NCBI GenBank assembly: GCA_965261025.1
Contig: OZ253438.1
Coordinates: forward strand, 1,080,001 to 1,112,000
Source of the DNA: Chlamydiales bacterium
Lineage (GTDB): Bacteria; Chlamydiota; Chlamydiia; Chlamydiales; SM23-39
Length of the DNA: 32,000 nt
Direction: 5' to 3'
The position numbers were made by a program, and so were the translations under genes. Position 1 is the stretch's first letter. Every line of letters starts with the position of its first letter. Positions 15,802 to 25,363 of the stretch are shown piece after piece. Below the pieces are notes generated by a model, which worked only from the letters and a program-made list of their open reading frames with translations, made no database searches and was not told the DNA's origin.

Positions 15802-17823
15802 ATGAATATATTAGGGATTTGTGGGGCTTTTGGCACTCCGGACGGCGATTTTGTCCCTGAAACTCCGATTTGGTTTTATCATGATGCTACGGCCTGCCTT
15901 ATCCAAGACGGAAAACTGATTGCAGCTTCTGAAGAAGAGCGTTTTAACCGGATAAAACATACTACGAAATTTCCCTTGAATGCTATTCGTTATTGTTTGG
16001 AAGAGGCGAATCTTAGTTTTGCACAAATTGATGGAGTAGCCTACTATTTTTCTCCTCCTTACGTGGATAAAGAGCTCTATTTAAAGTATATCTCTTTTCC
16101 AGAGAGCCCTGTGCGTGATTGCAAACAACTCCTATTAGAATTAATTACGGAAAATTTTGATCGGAACTTTGATTCCTCTAAGCTTGTTTTTGTTGAACAT
16201 CATCTTTGCCATGCCTACTCTGCTTTTTACCATTCTGGTTTTGAAAAGGCTTTAACTGTTGTCTTGGATGGGCAAGGGGAAAAATATGGCATCTCAGTTT
16301 ATCATACCAGCCTACAGGAAACACAACCTTTACAGTCTTATACCGGCTCTGACTCCCTCGGGCATTTTTTTGTAGAATCAATAAAAATCCTTGGATACAA
16401 ACTGTTTGATGAATATAAGGTAATGGGTCTAGCTCCCTATGGGGATCCTAGTATATTTCGCCCTTTGTTTGACAAGCTCTACCGCCTTTTACCAAATGGG
16501 AATTATAGCCTTAATATCCCCCTGAATCGGATCCGTTCATTTTTTCTCAAAAACGGGATACAACCCCGTCGGAGAGGCGAACCATTTAGCAAAATACAGG
16601 AAAACTTCGCTGCTTCACTGCAAGAGGCTCTTGAAAAGATTGCCTTTCACCTTATTTCCCATTGGCAAAAAAAGACGGGATTGAAAAATCTCTGTATGGC
16701 AGGAGGCGTAGCACATAATTGTACGTTAAATGGTAAGATTGCTTGTTCTTCTCTCTTTGATAAAATGTTTGTTCATCCCGCGGCCTTTGATGCGGGAGCT
16801 GCTATCGGGGCTGCTATGTATGTTTCTGAGCAAAAGGGAGCTCTGATCAAGCAAAGCGGCCCTATTCGATCTATTTATTGGGGTCCTCATATTGAGACTA
16901 AGGAAACAAATATCGAAGAGAAGCTCTCGAAGTGGTCTGACTTAATGAAGCTTGAGTATAAATCCGATATTGAAAAAGCAGGAGCAAAACTCCTAGCAGA
17001 GGGGAGTGTGATAGGTTGGGTTCAGGGCAAAATGGAATTTGGCCCAAGAGCTCTGGGAAATCGAAGTATTCTAGCAGATCCTAGACCGGGAGAAAATAAA
17101 TCACGAATCAACGCAATGATTAAAAAGCGGGAAGCTTATCGTCCTTTTGCTCCTTCGATCCTTGAAGAAGAAGTGTCCCATTTTTTTGAATTACCTAAGT
17201 GTGAAATTGACTTGTCCTTTATGACTTATAATCTCGAAGTAAGAAAAGAATACCAAAAACAGCTTGGCGCTATCACGCATGTGAATGGGACAGGAAGGAT
17301 ACAAACAGTTAGTAAAGAGCAGAATGAGAGATATTGGAAGCTGATATATTATTTTCAAAAGCTTACTGGGATTCCGCTTCTTTTGAATACTTCATTTAAC
17401 AACAATCACGAACCCATTGTGTGTACAATAGAAGACAGTATAGCTTGTTTTCTTACTACAGGTCTGGATTATTTAGTGGTAGGAAATTATCTATTAACAA
17501 AGAAGGATAACTTTATTGAAAATTTGCTTAATTTATCCGTATCCTTACCCCCTCATGTCAAATTGTGTAAACTCCATTCTTCTACTGGTTTGGTGAGATA
17601 TACAATTCGCTCGAGTGTATCCTCTCTTGCAGAAATTGAAGTAAGCGAAAACCTATACCACTTCCTTAGAGAAGACTTTTCCTTTATTTCTTCTCTAAGT
17701 TCTCAAAGGCAAGCTATCCTTGCCCAAGAGCTTTATGATTGCTGGTCGTATCGAATGTTTTCTTTTCAACCGGGTACCTTAAAAACTCCAAAACAAGAGA
17801 TCTATCAAACAGCTAATGTCTAG
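15802..17823 (+). CDS. Carbamoyltransferase A (NodU/CmcH/TobZ family)
   Basis: Kae1-like N-domain (MNILGICG, FYHDATACL, EEERFNR, HHLCHA, LDGQGEK). YrdC-like C-domain (GPRALGNRSILADPR, REAYRPFAPS, HVNGTGRIQTV, NTSFNNNHEPIV). The track start GTG 15790 is less likely than ATG 15802. Confidence 0.9.
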   Translation: MNILGICGAFGTPDGDFVPETPIWFYHDATACLIQDGKLIAASEEERFNRIKHTTKFPLNAIRYCLEEANLSFAQIDGVAYYFSPPYVDKELYLKYISFPESPVRDCKQLLLELITENFDRNFDSSKLVFVEHHLCHAYSAFYHSGFEKALTVVLDGQGEKYGISVYHTSLQETQPLQSYTGSDSLGHFFVESIKILGYKLFDEYKVMGLAPYGDPSIFRPLFDKLYRLLPNGNYSLNIPLNRIRSFFLKNGIQPRRRGEPFSKIQENFAASLQEALEKIAFHLISHWQKKTGLKNLCMAGGVAHNCTLNGKIACSSLFDKMFVHPAAFDAGAAIGAAMYVSEQKGALIKQSGPIRSIYWGPHIETKETNIEEKLSKWSDLMKLEYKSDIEKAGAKLLAEGSVIGWVQGKMEFGPRALGNRSILADPRPGENKSRINAMIKKREAYRPFAPSILEEEVSHFFELPKCEIDLSFMTYNLEVRKEYQKQLGAITHVNGTGRIQTVSKEQNERYWKLIYYFQKLTGIPLLLNTSFNNNHEPIVCTIEDSIACFLTTGLDYLVVGNYLLTKKDNFIENLLNLSVSLPPHVKLCKLHSSTGLVRYTIRSSVSSLAEIEVSENLYHFLREDFSFISSLSSQRQAILAQELYDCWSYRMFSFQPGTLKTPKQEIYQTANV

Positions 17824-18958
17824 TTTAACAAGGGAATATTCCCAAGCTACCCTCATTTTAGAAGATGGAACCTCCTTTTTAGGAAGAACTTCGAGCAATA
17901 TAAAAACAAAGCCCTGTGAAATCGTATTCAACACAGCAATGACGGGATATCAAGAGGTTATTACCGATCCTTCTTATCATGATCAGATTGTTGTATTTTC
18001 TTATCCTCATATAGGAAACATTGGGGTTAACCAAGAAGACCAAGAATCGAAATCTCCGAAAGTAGCTGGAGTGATCGTAAAAGAAATGTCTCGATGCACA
18101 AGTAACTGGAGAGCAGAAGATAGCCTAATTAAATACTTGGAAAAGCACGGGATACCCTGGATTGAAGGCATTGATACTAGAAAACTTGTTAAGCATCTTC
18201 GCACCCATATGAACATACAAGGTGTTATATGTCCAGGAAACGAGGTAGTAAACTACAAACTACAAGCGGCAAACTATGGCTCCCTAAAAGAGCCCTCATT
18301 GCAAAAAATTTCAGTTGACAAACCCGAAGACTGGGTACAACAGACGGTGAGAGAGCCTAGAAAAACTTTTCGAGTAGCTATCATTGACTTTGGAGTCAAG
18401 CACAGCATTCTGAAAACGCTCCATTCGCTAGGAGGGAATGGAAGGCTTTTTCCGCCTAATGTTGCCATTGAAACCATACTAGGCTGGAGCCCTGATGGAA
18501 TTATCTTATCAAACGGACCAGGAGATCCTAAAAATGCCGTGGGGTTTATTCCTACTCTGCTAGGATTAGCCGAAAAAAACTACCCTATTTTGGGCATTTG
18601 TTTCGGTTGTCAAATTATAGCATTAGCTTTTGGTGGTATGACAAGCAAGATGTTCGTGGGGCATCATGGAATCAATCATCCTGTGATTGATCTACGTACT
18701 AACAGAGTCTTTATTTCGAGTCAAAATCATAATTTTGTTGTGGAAGAGAGTCAGTTACCGAATGAACTTAAAATCACTCATCGCTCTCTTTTTGACGGAT
18801 CAATTCAAGGAATACGGCACACTATCTACCCTATTATGGCTCTTCAAGGACATCCCGAAGGAAATCCGGGACCACAAGATTTACACCTCTGTTTTCACGA
18901 ATTTTTGAGTCTGATTTTTTCTCATCAAAAAAAGATTTTGGAGAAAGCATGCCTTTAG
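17816..18958 (+). CDS. carA: Carbamoyl-phosphate synthase small (glutaminase) subunit
   Basis: Motifs: ATLILEDGTSFLG, FNTAMTGYQEVITDPSY, SNGPGDP, GICFGCQ (Cys nucleophile), LQGHPEGNPGPQD. Overlaps the upstream gene by 8 nt. Confidence 0.93.
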   Translation: MSSLTREYSQATLILEDGTSFLGRTSSNIKTKPCEIVFNTAMTGYQEVITDPSYHDQIVVFSYPHIGNIGVNQEDQESKSPKVAGVIVKEMSRCTSNWRAEDSLIKYLEKHGIPWIEGIDTRKLVKHLRTHMNIQGVICPGNEVVNYKLQAANYGSLKEPSLQKISVDKPEDWVQQTVREPRKTFRVAIIDFGVKHSILKTLHSLGGNGRLFPPNVAIETILGWSPDGIILSNGPGDPKNAVGFIPTLLGLAEKNYPILGICFGCQIIALAFGGMTSKMFVGHHGINHPVIDLRTNRVFISSQNHNFVVEESQLPNELKITHRSLFDGSIQGIRHTIYPIMALQGHPEGNPGPQDLHLCFHEFLSLIFSHQKKILEKACL

Positions 18959-21798
18959 ATAATTCGATAAAAAAAGTGCTAACTATAGGCTCTGGTCCGA
19001 TAGTGATAGGGCAAGCTTGTGAATTTGATTATTCGGGTACGCAAGCCTGTAAAGCCCTGCAAGAAGAGGGGGTAAAAGTTATTCTACTCAATTCTAATCC
19101 TGCCACTATCATGACAGACAAAGATATAGCAGATTCTGTTTACATTGAACCCATTACCCCTAGGGTAATAGAGCAAATCCTAAAAGAGCAAAAACCTGAT
19201 GCAATCCTTCCGATTATGGGGGGACAAACAGCCTTGAATGTAACTTTGGAGCTTGAAGAGCAAAAAGTATTTAACAAGTTTCCTACAAGACTTATAGGTC
19301 TCAGCACAGAGACCATTAAAGTAGCAGAAAATCGGCTTCTGTTTAAAAAAGCCTTAAATGAAATTGGATTAGCTACCCCTTGTTCTGTATATCTTCAGTC
19401 TTTGAAAGAATTACAAGAGGCAAAAAACAAACTTCACTTCCCCTTAATTGTGAGGAGCTCTTTTACTTTAGGTGGAGAATTTGGGGGAGTAGTTAACACA
19501 TTGGGTGAGCTGGAAATTCTTTGTAAGAAAGCTTTCTTCTCTGGTAAAGGCCTTTTAGTAGAAGAGTCACTAATTGGATGGAAAGAGATCGAACTAGAAG
19601 TTATGCGAGATCACGTAGGAAATTGTATAGTTGTGTGTGGAATAGAAAATCTAGATCCCATGGGAGTTCATACGGGTGATTCGATAACTGTAGCTCCTAT
19701 TCAGACTTTATCAGATAAAGAATACCAAGAAATCCGTTTGCAAGCCTTTCGAGTCATGGAAAAAGTAGGAATGACTTCGGGAGGATGTAATGTTCAGTTT
19801 GCAATTCATCCACAAAAGGGAAAAATCTATTGCATAGAGATGAATCCCAGGGTTTCACGCTCTTCTGCCTTGGCTTCAAAAGCTACCGGTTTTCCGATTG
19901 CGAAAATTGCAGCGAAAATTGCTCTCGGATACAACTTATATGAACTTCAAAATGGGCTTACTTCATCCAATATCCCTTCTTCCTTTGAACCTACTTTAGA
20001 CTATGTAGTTACAAAAATACCGAAATTTAATTTTGAGAAATTTCCTGATGTTAATGAAGAACTAACCACTCATATGAAATCCGTAGGAGAAGTAATTGCA
20101 ATTGGAAGGACCTTTAAAGAATCCTTCCAAAAAGCCTTGAAAAGTTTAGAGATACCCATCCCACATAAGGCGTACAATGGTGAACAAGATACTCTCAAGA
20201 AAAGAGATGCCAAAAAAATATATCGTGTTTTAGAAGCCCTTAGAGAAGGGATTTCAGTTCAAACTATGGCCCAACTGACAGGCTATGACCCTTGGTTTCT
20301 CGATCAGTTATCTCAAATCATTGAGACAGAATCAGAAATTCAAACTTATAGAGCTTCTTCTATTCAAAGAAATGCACTTTTACGATGGAAACAAAATGGG
20401 TTTTCTGACCAGGAAATTGCCCAGTTATTGCATTCTAATGCAAGCTTCATTGAATCCTTGAGAAAGCAATTTGAACTATCTACAGCCTATAAAAGAATTG
20501 ATACCTGTGCAGGAGAATTTCCCACCCAAACTGCTTATATGTACTCTACCTATGAACAAGAGTGTGAGAGTGCTCCAACCCGTTGTGAAAAAATATTAGT
20601 TCTTGGTGGTGGCTCAAATCGAATTGGACAAGGTATTGAGTTTGATTATTGCTGTGTCCATGCTCTGCAATCTATCAAAAAGATGGGATATGAAGCGATC
20701 ATGCTCAATTGCAATCCGTCCACAGTTTCTACAGATTACAATATGGCAGATCGTTTGTATTTAGAGCCTTTAGCAGCTGAGTATGTCATGGAAGTAGTAC
20801 AAAAAGAAAAACCCAAGGGGGTTATTATCCAATTTGGAGGACAAACTCCCATCCAAATTGCCAGGAGTCTTTCTCTGCAAGGCGTTCCCCTCTTAGGAAC
20901 TCCCTTTGACATGATTGAAAGATCAGAAGATCGCGATAAGTTCAAACAAGTCCTTATAGAGTTAGGCCTTTCCTACCCAAAAAGCTTTTCAGGGAATCAC
21001 CCTGAAGAAGTTCTTGAACCGATTTCTGAAGTAGATTTTCCCCTAATAGTACGCCCTTCTTTTGTAATTGGGGGCAATGGAATGCAAGTTCTGTATACAA
21101 AACGACAACTTGAAACCTATCTTGAAAAGATCGATTTTGAGCAGATTAAGCCTCTTTTAGTTGAGTCCTTTGTAGAAAATGCCCTTGAAATAGAGATCGA
21201 TGCTATTGGAGATAAAGAGCAAGTTACTATCTGCGGAGTTATAGAGCACCTTGATCGAGCTGGTATCCATTCAGGGGATTCGATAGCGTATCTCTTTCCC
21301 CATTCTCTAACTGAACAACAGGTCGAAAAATTGGAAAAAATAACTCGGATGATTGGATTAAGGATGGAAGTAATAGGCTGCTTCAATATTCAGTTTGTTG
21401 TATCAGCAGAGGAGATTTTTGTTATAGAGGTCAACCTACGAGCTTCTAGAACGGTTCCTTTACTTGCAAAGATTACAGGCTATCCCCTGGTCGAGATTGC
21501 TATGCATTGTATTCTGGGAAAATCTCTCAAAAGTTTAGCTATTCCAGAGAAAATCGCACCCCAACATCTAGCATTGAAAATTCCTGTATTTCCCTTTACA
21601 AGATTAGGGATTGAATCCCAAAACTTAGGTCCATACATGACCTCTACTGGTGAAGTAATGGCCGTTGCAAAAAATTTTCAAGATCTGCTGAAAAAGGCAA
21701 ACGAGTATTCTTTGAGTATCCGAATCTATAATGAGAAATTCAAAGAATTGATTGCCCCTTATGCAGGATTGAATCCCTCTGTTGTCGGAATCGTTTAG
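18949..21798 (+). CDS. carB: Carbamoyl-phosphate synthase large subunit, 949 aa, apparently without the C-terminal allosteric domain
   Basis: Motifs: GSGPIVIGQACEFDYSGTQACKAL, IEMNPRVSRSSALASKATGFPIAKIAAK, second half GGGSNRIGQGIEFDYCCVHA, VNLRASRTVP. Ends 45 aa after STGEVM. Overlaps carA by 10 nt. Confidence 0.93.
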   Translation: MPLDNSIKKVLTIGSGPIVIGQACEFDYSGTQACKALQEEGVKVILLNSNPATIMTDKDIADSVYIEPITPRVIEQILKEQKPDAILPIMGGQTALNVTLELEEQKVFNKFPTRLIGLSTETIKVAENRLLFKKALNEIGLATPCSVYLQSLKELQEAKNKLHFPLIVRSSFTLGGEFGGVVNTLGELEILCKKAFFSGKGLLVEESLIGWKEIELEVMRDHVGNCIVVCGIENLDPMGVHTGDSITVAPIQTLSDKEYQEIRLQAFRVMEKVGMTSGGCNVQFAIHPQKGKIYCIEMNPRVSRSSALASKATGFPIAKIAAKIALGYNLYELQNGLTSSNIPSSFEPTLDYVVTKIPKFNFEKFPDVNEELTTHMKSVGEVIAIGRTFKESFQKALKSLEIPIPHKAYNGEQDTLKKRDAKKIYRVLEALREGISVQTMAQLTGYDPWFLDQLSQIIETESEIQTYRASSIQRNALLRWKQNGFSDQEIAQLLHSNASFIESLRKQFELSTAYKRIDTCAGEFPTQTAYMYSTYEQECESAPTRCEKILVLGGGSNRIGQGIEFDYCCVHALQSIKKMGYEAIMLNCNPSTVSTDYNMADRLYLEPLAAEYVMEVVQKEKPKGVIIQFGGQTPIQIARSLSLQGVPLLGTPFDMIERSEDRDKFKQVLIELGLSYPKSFSGNHPEEVLEPISEVDFPLIVRPSFVIGGNGMQVLYTKRQLETYLEKIDFEQIKPLLVESFVENALEIEIDAIGDKEQVTICGVIEHLDRAGIHSGDSIAYLFPHSLTEQQVEKLEKITRMIGLRMEVIGCFNIQFVVSAEEIFVIEVNLRASRTVPLLAKITGYPLVEIAMHCILGKSLKSLAIPEKIAPQHLALKIPVFPFTRLGIESQNLGPYMTSTGEVMAVAKNFQDLLKKANEYSLSIRIYNEKFKELIAPYAGLNPSVVGIV

Positions 21799-21810
21799 TG
21801 GAGTAATTTT

Positions 21811-22953
21811 ATGAAAATAGCGGTTGTAGGTTGTGGGTATGTAGCGGGATTTTATATGGCAACTATGCCTAATTTTTCAAAACTCGAGGTAGTGGGAGCC
21901 TTTGATATCGACGAGGAGAGGCTAAATAGGTTCTGTAGGGAGCACCACGTTTATAAATATGCAAATTTTAACGAGCTTCTCCAGGATGAAAAAGTGGATA
22001 TTGTTTTAAATCTCACTTGGATTAAAAGCCATTATACAGTTATCAAGCAGGCTCTTTTAGCAGGAAAACATGTCTATAGTGAAAAACCTCTTACTTACAC
22101 TCTCTCTGAAGGGGAAGAGTTAGTGCACCTGGCAAATAAGAAAAATTTGCATCTTAATGTTGCTCCGTGCAATTTCCTCGGTGCTTCTGGACAAACTCTA
22201 TATCAGCTTATTAAGGATAGCGTCGTGGGAAAAACTCTTCTAGTTCACGCTTCATTACAAGACGGTCCTGTTTACTTAATGGGATATGAAAACTGGAAAA
22301 ATCCCTCAGGGCTTCCTTGGCCTTTTGAAGAAGAATTTACTATGGGATGTGTTTATGAACATGCTGGCTATTATCTGAGCTGGCTTATTCATCTCTTCGG
22401 CTCTGTTATTGAGGTTTCTGCTTTTTCCTCTCCAATTGTACAGGAAATACATGGTAGAGAAAAAAAACTTCAAGGAACCGATTTTTGCGTTGCAGGTCTC
22501 AGACATGAAAGTGGGGTCTGTGTTCATTTTGCTTGTAGCTCAATTTCCCCTTCAGATAATTCTCTAAAAATTATTGGAGAAAAAGGAATTGTACAAGTTG
22601 AAGACTGTTGGAATTGCAATAGTCCTATCTCAGTGCAGTTATTTAACAAAATCGAGCCAAACATAGGACAGAACTCTAAATTTGTTCTCTTAGAAAAAGA
22701 ATCCTGCCCTTTAGTTAAAGGGTTAAATTATCCCTATCACTACAAAGACTCCCACGATATGAATTTCGCAGCAGGGTTAGAAGAATTGAGACTGTCTATA
22801 GAAACGGGAAAAAAATCACGACTAAATAAAGAACTAGCTCTACATGTTCTTGAAATTATTTCTTTAATGGAAGAGCCTGGCGGGGCTCGGCCCCAGCCCT
22901 TTCGACCTAAAACGGCTTATCCTTTGGAGCCAGAATTAGTTCGGACATCTTAA
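21811..22953 (+). CDS. Gfo/Idh/MocA-family NAD(P)-dependent oxidoreductase (sugar/inositol dehydrogenase-like)
   Basis: N-terminal Rossmann motif MKIAVVGCGYVAG and the family motif GKHVYSEKPL. 380 aa. GGAG lies 8-11 nt upstream of the ATG. Confidence 0.85.
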   Translation: MKIAVVGCGYVAGFYMATMPNFSKLEVVGAFDIDEERLNRFCREHHVYKYANFNELLQDEKVDIVLNLTWIKSHYTVIKQALLAGKHVYSEKPLTYTLSEGEELVHLANKKNLHLNVAPCNFLGASGQTLYQLIKDSVVGKTLLVHASLQDGPVYLMGYENWKNPSGLPWPFEEEFTMGCVYEHAGYYLSWLIHLFGSVIEVSAFSSPIVQEIHGREKKLQGTDFCVAGLRHESGVCVHFACSSISPSDNSLKIIGEKGIVQVEDCWNCNSPISVQLFNKIEPNIGQNSKFVLLEKESCPLVKGLNYPYHYKDSHDMNFAAGLEELRLSIETGKKSRLNKELALHVLEIISLMEEPGGARPQPFRPKTAYPLEPELVRTS

Positions 22954-22979
22954 TTTAAAATTACAAAAGGAGGGGAAAT

Positions 22980-24314
22980 ATGTTTGCTATGAAAAGATCT
23001 GATAAGTTGGCCCTTCTGGGTGGAAATCCTCTTGATATCGATTACAAGGAGAGTATTTTCCAGTGGCCCATTATCACCAAAGAAGAAGAAGAGGCTGTTT
23101 TGGAAATTCTAAGAAAGCCCAACTTTAGTGATAGTGAAGTGGTGCCTGCTTTTGAAACCGAATTTGCCGAATGGAATCAAGCAAAATATGCCATAGCCCA
23201 TAGTAATGGAACGAGCGCTGTTCTAACGGCGATGTTTGCTTGCGGCGTAGGTAGAGGGGATGAAGTGATTGCTCCCAGTTTCACTTATTGGGCTACAGTT
23301 CAACAATGCTTTTCTTTGGGCGCAACCATGGTTTTTGCCGATATTGATCCGAAAACCTTATGTATATCTCCTGAAGATATTGAAAAAAAAATCACGAAAA
23401 AAACCAAGGCAATAATAGTAGTCCATTTTTCAGGGTATCCTTGTGAGATGGATTCAATAAATGCTCTTGCAAAAAAATATAATATTAAAGTGATCGAAGA
23501 TGCTTCCCATGCTCATGGAACGCTATATCGTGGAAAAAAAGTGGGTATTCTTGGAGATATTGCTGCCTTTTCTATGTGCGGCAAACCTATATCAATAGGT
23601 GAAGGGGCCATGTTAATTACCAATAGCACAGATCTATACGAAAGGAGTGTGGCATGGTGTGACAAATTTCGTTTTCATTCGGGAAATGTCTCAAATCCAG
23701 AATTGCTTAAATTTGCTGGATTGCCCCTTGGTAGCTGTACAACCCGGATGCACAACCTCAGTGCTGCTGTAGGACGCGTACAGCTCAGACACTACGACCT
23801 ACGCGTCCAAGAAATTGATGCAGCCATGAGCTATTTTTGGGATCTTCTAAGTGAGATTCCCGGTATACAAGCGCACCGTGTTAATAAAAATAGTGGTTCT
23901 ACGATGGGTGGCTGGTATTCTCCTCATGGGATTTATGATCCTGAGCTATTTTCTGGCCTTTCTGTATCCCGGTTTGCCGAAGCAGTCCGAAAAGAAGGGT
24001 TTTACACTTGTACACGCTCTTGTGTCAAAGAACCACTGCATACTCATCCTGTTTTGAATTCCTGCGATATCTACAATGATGGAAAACCTACCAGAATTGC
24101 CTTTTCAAATAGAGAGGTTCGGCAATTTAAAGGATCTCTGCCGGTAACGGAAAATATTAAGACATTTACTGTACCTGCCTTTAGAAAAAATGACCGAAAA
24201 GTCATAGAACAATTTGCAGAAATATTTCATAAAGTAGCTCGCAATCACTTGGAATTAATTCCCGGTGATAAAGGAGATCAAGCAGTCCAAATAGATGAAA
24301 GAGGAAATGGATAA
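22980..24314 (+). CDS. DegT/DnrJ/EryC1/StrS-family PLP aminotransferase (keto-sugar / inosose aminotransferase-like)
   Basis: Motifs: LALLGGNP, WP...EEEEAV, HSNGTSAV, GDEVIAPSFTYWAT, HAHG, and the lysine context AAFSMCGKPISIGEGAMLIT. At 444 aa it is nearer the size I recall for the aminoglycoside StsC/BtrS type than for ~370-aa sugar-nucleotide enzymes. Strong RBS AAGGAGGGG. Confidence 0.88.
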   Translation: MFAMKRSDKLALLGGNPLDIDYKESIFQWPIITKEEEEAVLEILRKPNFSDSEVVPAFETEFAEWNQAKYAIAHSNGTSAVLTAMFACGVGRGDEVIAPSFTYWATVQQCFSLGATMVFADIDPKTLCISPEDIEKKITKKTKAIIVVHFSGYPCEMDSINALAKKYNIKVIEDASHAHGTLYRGKKVGILGDIAAFSMCGKPISIGEGAMLITNSTDLYERSVAWCDKFRFHSGNVSNPELLKFAGLPLGSCTTRMHNLSAAVGRVQLRHYDLRVQEIDAAMSYFWDLLSEIPGIQAHRVNKNSGSTMGGWYSPHGIYDPELFSGLSVSRFAEAVRKEGFYTCTRSCVKEPLHTHPVLNSCDIYNDGKPTRIAFSNREVRQFKGSLPVTENIKTFTVPAFRKNDRKVIEQFAEIFHKVARNHLELIPGDKGDQAVQIDERGNG

Positions 24315-25362
24315 ACAGAATAGACAACTCTCCCAAGGAACTGAAAAAAAGATCCTCGTAGCTCCTCAAGAGCTTCGCCAATTGACAAGCGCTATTTTTT
24401 CACAGTTCTTAAAGGATGAGGAGATCATAAAATGCTTAGCAAATTCGTTTGTTTCGGCTGATTTAGTAGGGCACCACACTCACGGTGTTGCCTCAATCAG
24501 ACCTTACGTCGAAATGACCAAGGAAAAGAGGATTATTCCTAAGGCAAAACCCCGAATAATTGAGAACAATGCTGTAGGCACTTGGGTAGATGGACAGAAC
24601 GGTTATGGAAGATATGCAGCTCGTTGGTCTATGAATAAGTCAATTGAAATTGCAAAAAAGAAGGGAAAGTCGGTTCTATGGTTAAAAAACACCTCTAATA
24701 TTGGTCGTCTAGGTGAATATGCTGAGCAATGTGCAGAAGAAGGATGTATTGGTATAATCACTGTTGGCAGTGGGAATAACAACCAATCAATTGTAGCCCC
24801 TCCAGATTGCGTAAAGCGATTTTTTGGAACAAATCCGATTGCTTTTGCCTTTCCTTTATCAGAAAAAAATACTCCTTTTCTTATTGATCTCTCTCTTAGC
24901 AAAACTACCTATCACCAGGTAGAACAGCACCTTCACATGGATGAATCTCTTAAGGAAAAGTCCCTAATTGATAAAAGGGGAAAATTGACAGATAATCCAG
25001 CTACCCTTTTTGAAGAAGGGTCTATCGTTATGCCAGGGGGGCATAAAGGATTTTGTCTTTCTCTTTTCTTTACCATCTTTGCAGGATTAGCCAATTTAGA
25101 ATTTGAGCAAAAAGGATTAGGGGGAACTTGTTTTATAGTTCTTGATGGAAATCAGATAAAAGGTTTTGAGATTTATAAAGGGCAAGTAAAAGCCTTTCTA
25201 CATCAATGCCGTTTATTAAAAACCCTTGATGGCAAATCGTTGAGATTGCCAGGAGATCATTCTGAAAAATGTCGCGAAAAATATGCAAAGCTTGGTGTCC
25301 CTATTCCAATACAGGTCTGGGAAGATTTAAAAAAAATGTCTTCGGGAAGAGAGGAGCTTTAA
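24295..25362 (+). CDS. Ldh_2-family (malate/L-lactate/sulfolactate/ureidoglycolate dehydrogenase-type) oxidoreductase
   Basis: 355 aa. Family-typical ADLVGHHTHGV, GRLGEYAE, FGTNPIAFAFP and PGGHKGF motifs. Overlaps the upstream gene by 20 nt (an alternative ATG lies at 24307). Confidence 0.75.
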   Translation: MKEEMDKQNRQLSQGTEKKILVAPQELRQLTSAIFSQFLKDEEIIKCLANSFVSADLVGHHTHGVASIRPYVEMTKEKRIIPKAKPRIIENNAVGTWVDGQNGYGRYAARWSMNKSIEIAKKKGKSVLWLKNTSNIGRLGEYAEQCAEEGCIGIITVGSGNNNQSIVAPPDCVKRFFGTNPIAFAFPLSEKNTPFLIDLSLSKTTYHQVEQHLHMDESLKEKSLIDKRGKLTDNPATLFEEGSIVMPGGHKGFCLSLFFTIFAGLANLEFEQKGLGGTCFIVLDGNQIKGFEIYKGQVKAFLHQCRLLKTLDGKSLRLPGDHSEKCREKYAKLGVPIPIQVWEDLKKMSSGREEL

Positions 25363-25363
25363 T

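Noticed and set aside
15630-15860. A 76-aa ORF spanning the recC / carbamoyltransferase A intergenic region, considered as a possible leader peptide or small regulator.
   Set aside because: It overlaps the carbamoyltransferase start in another frame, has no Shine-Dalgarno, and has no recognisable fold or motif. I also found only a weak promoter candidate here (TTGCTT, 15 nt, TATAAA at 15723-15749) and short imperfect hairpins, with no convincing riboswitch-like structure.
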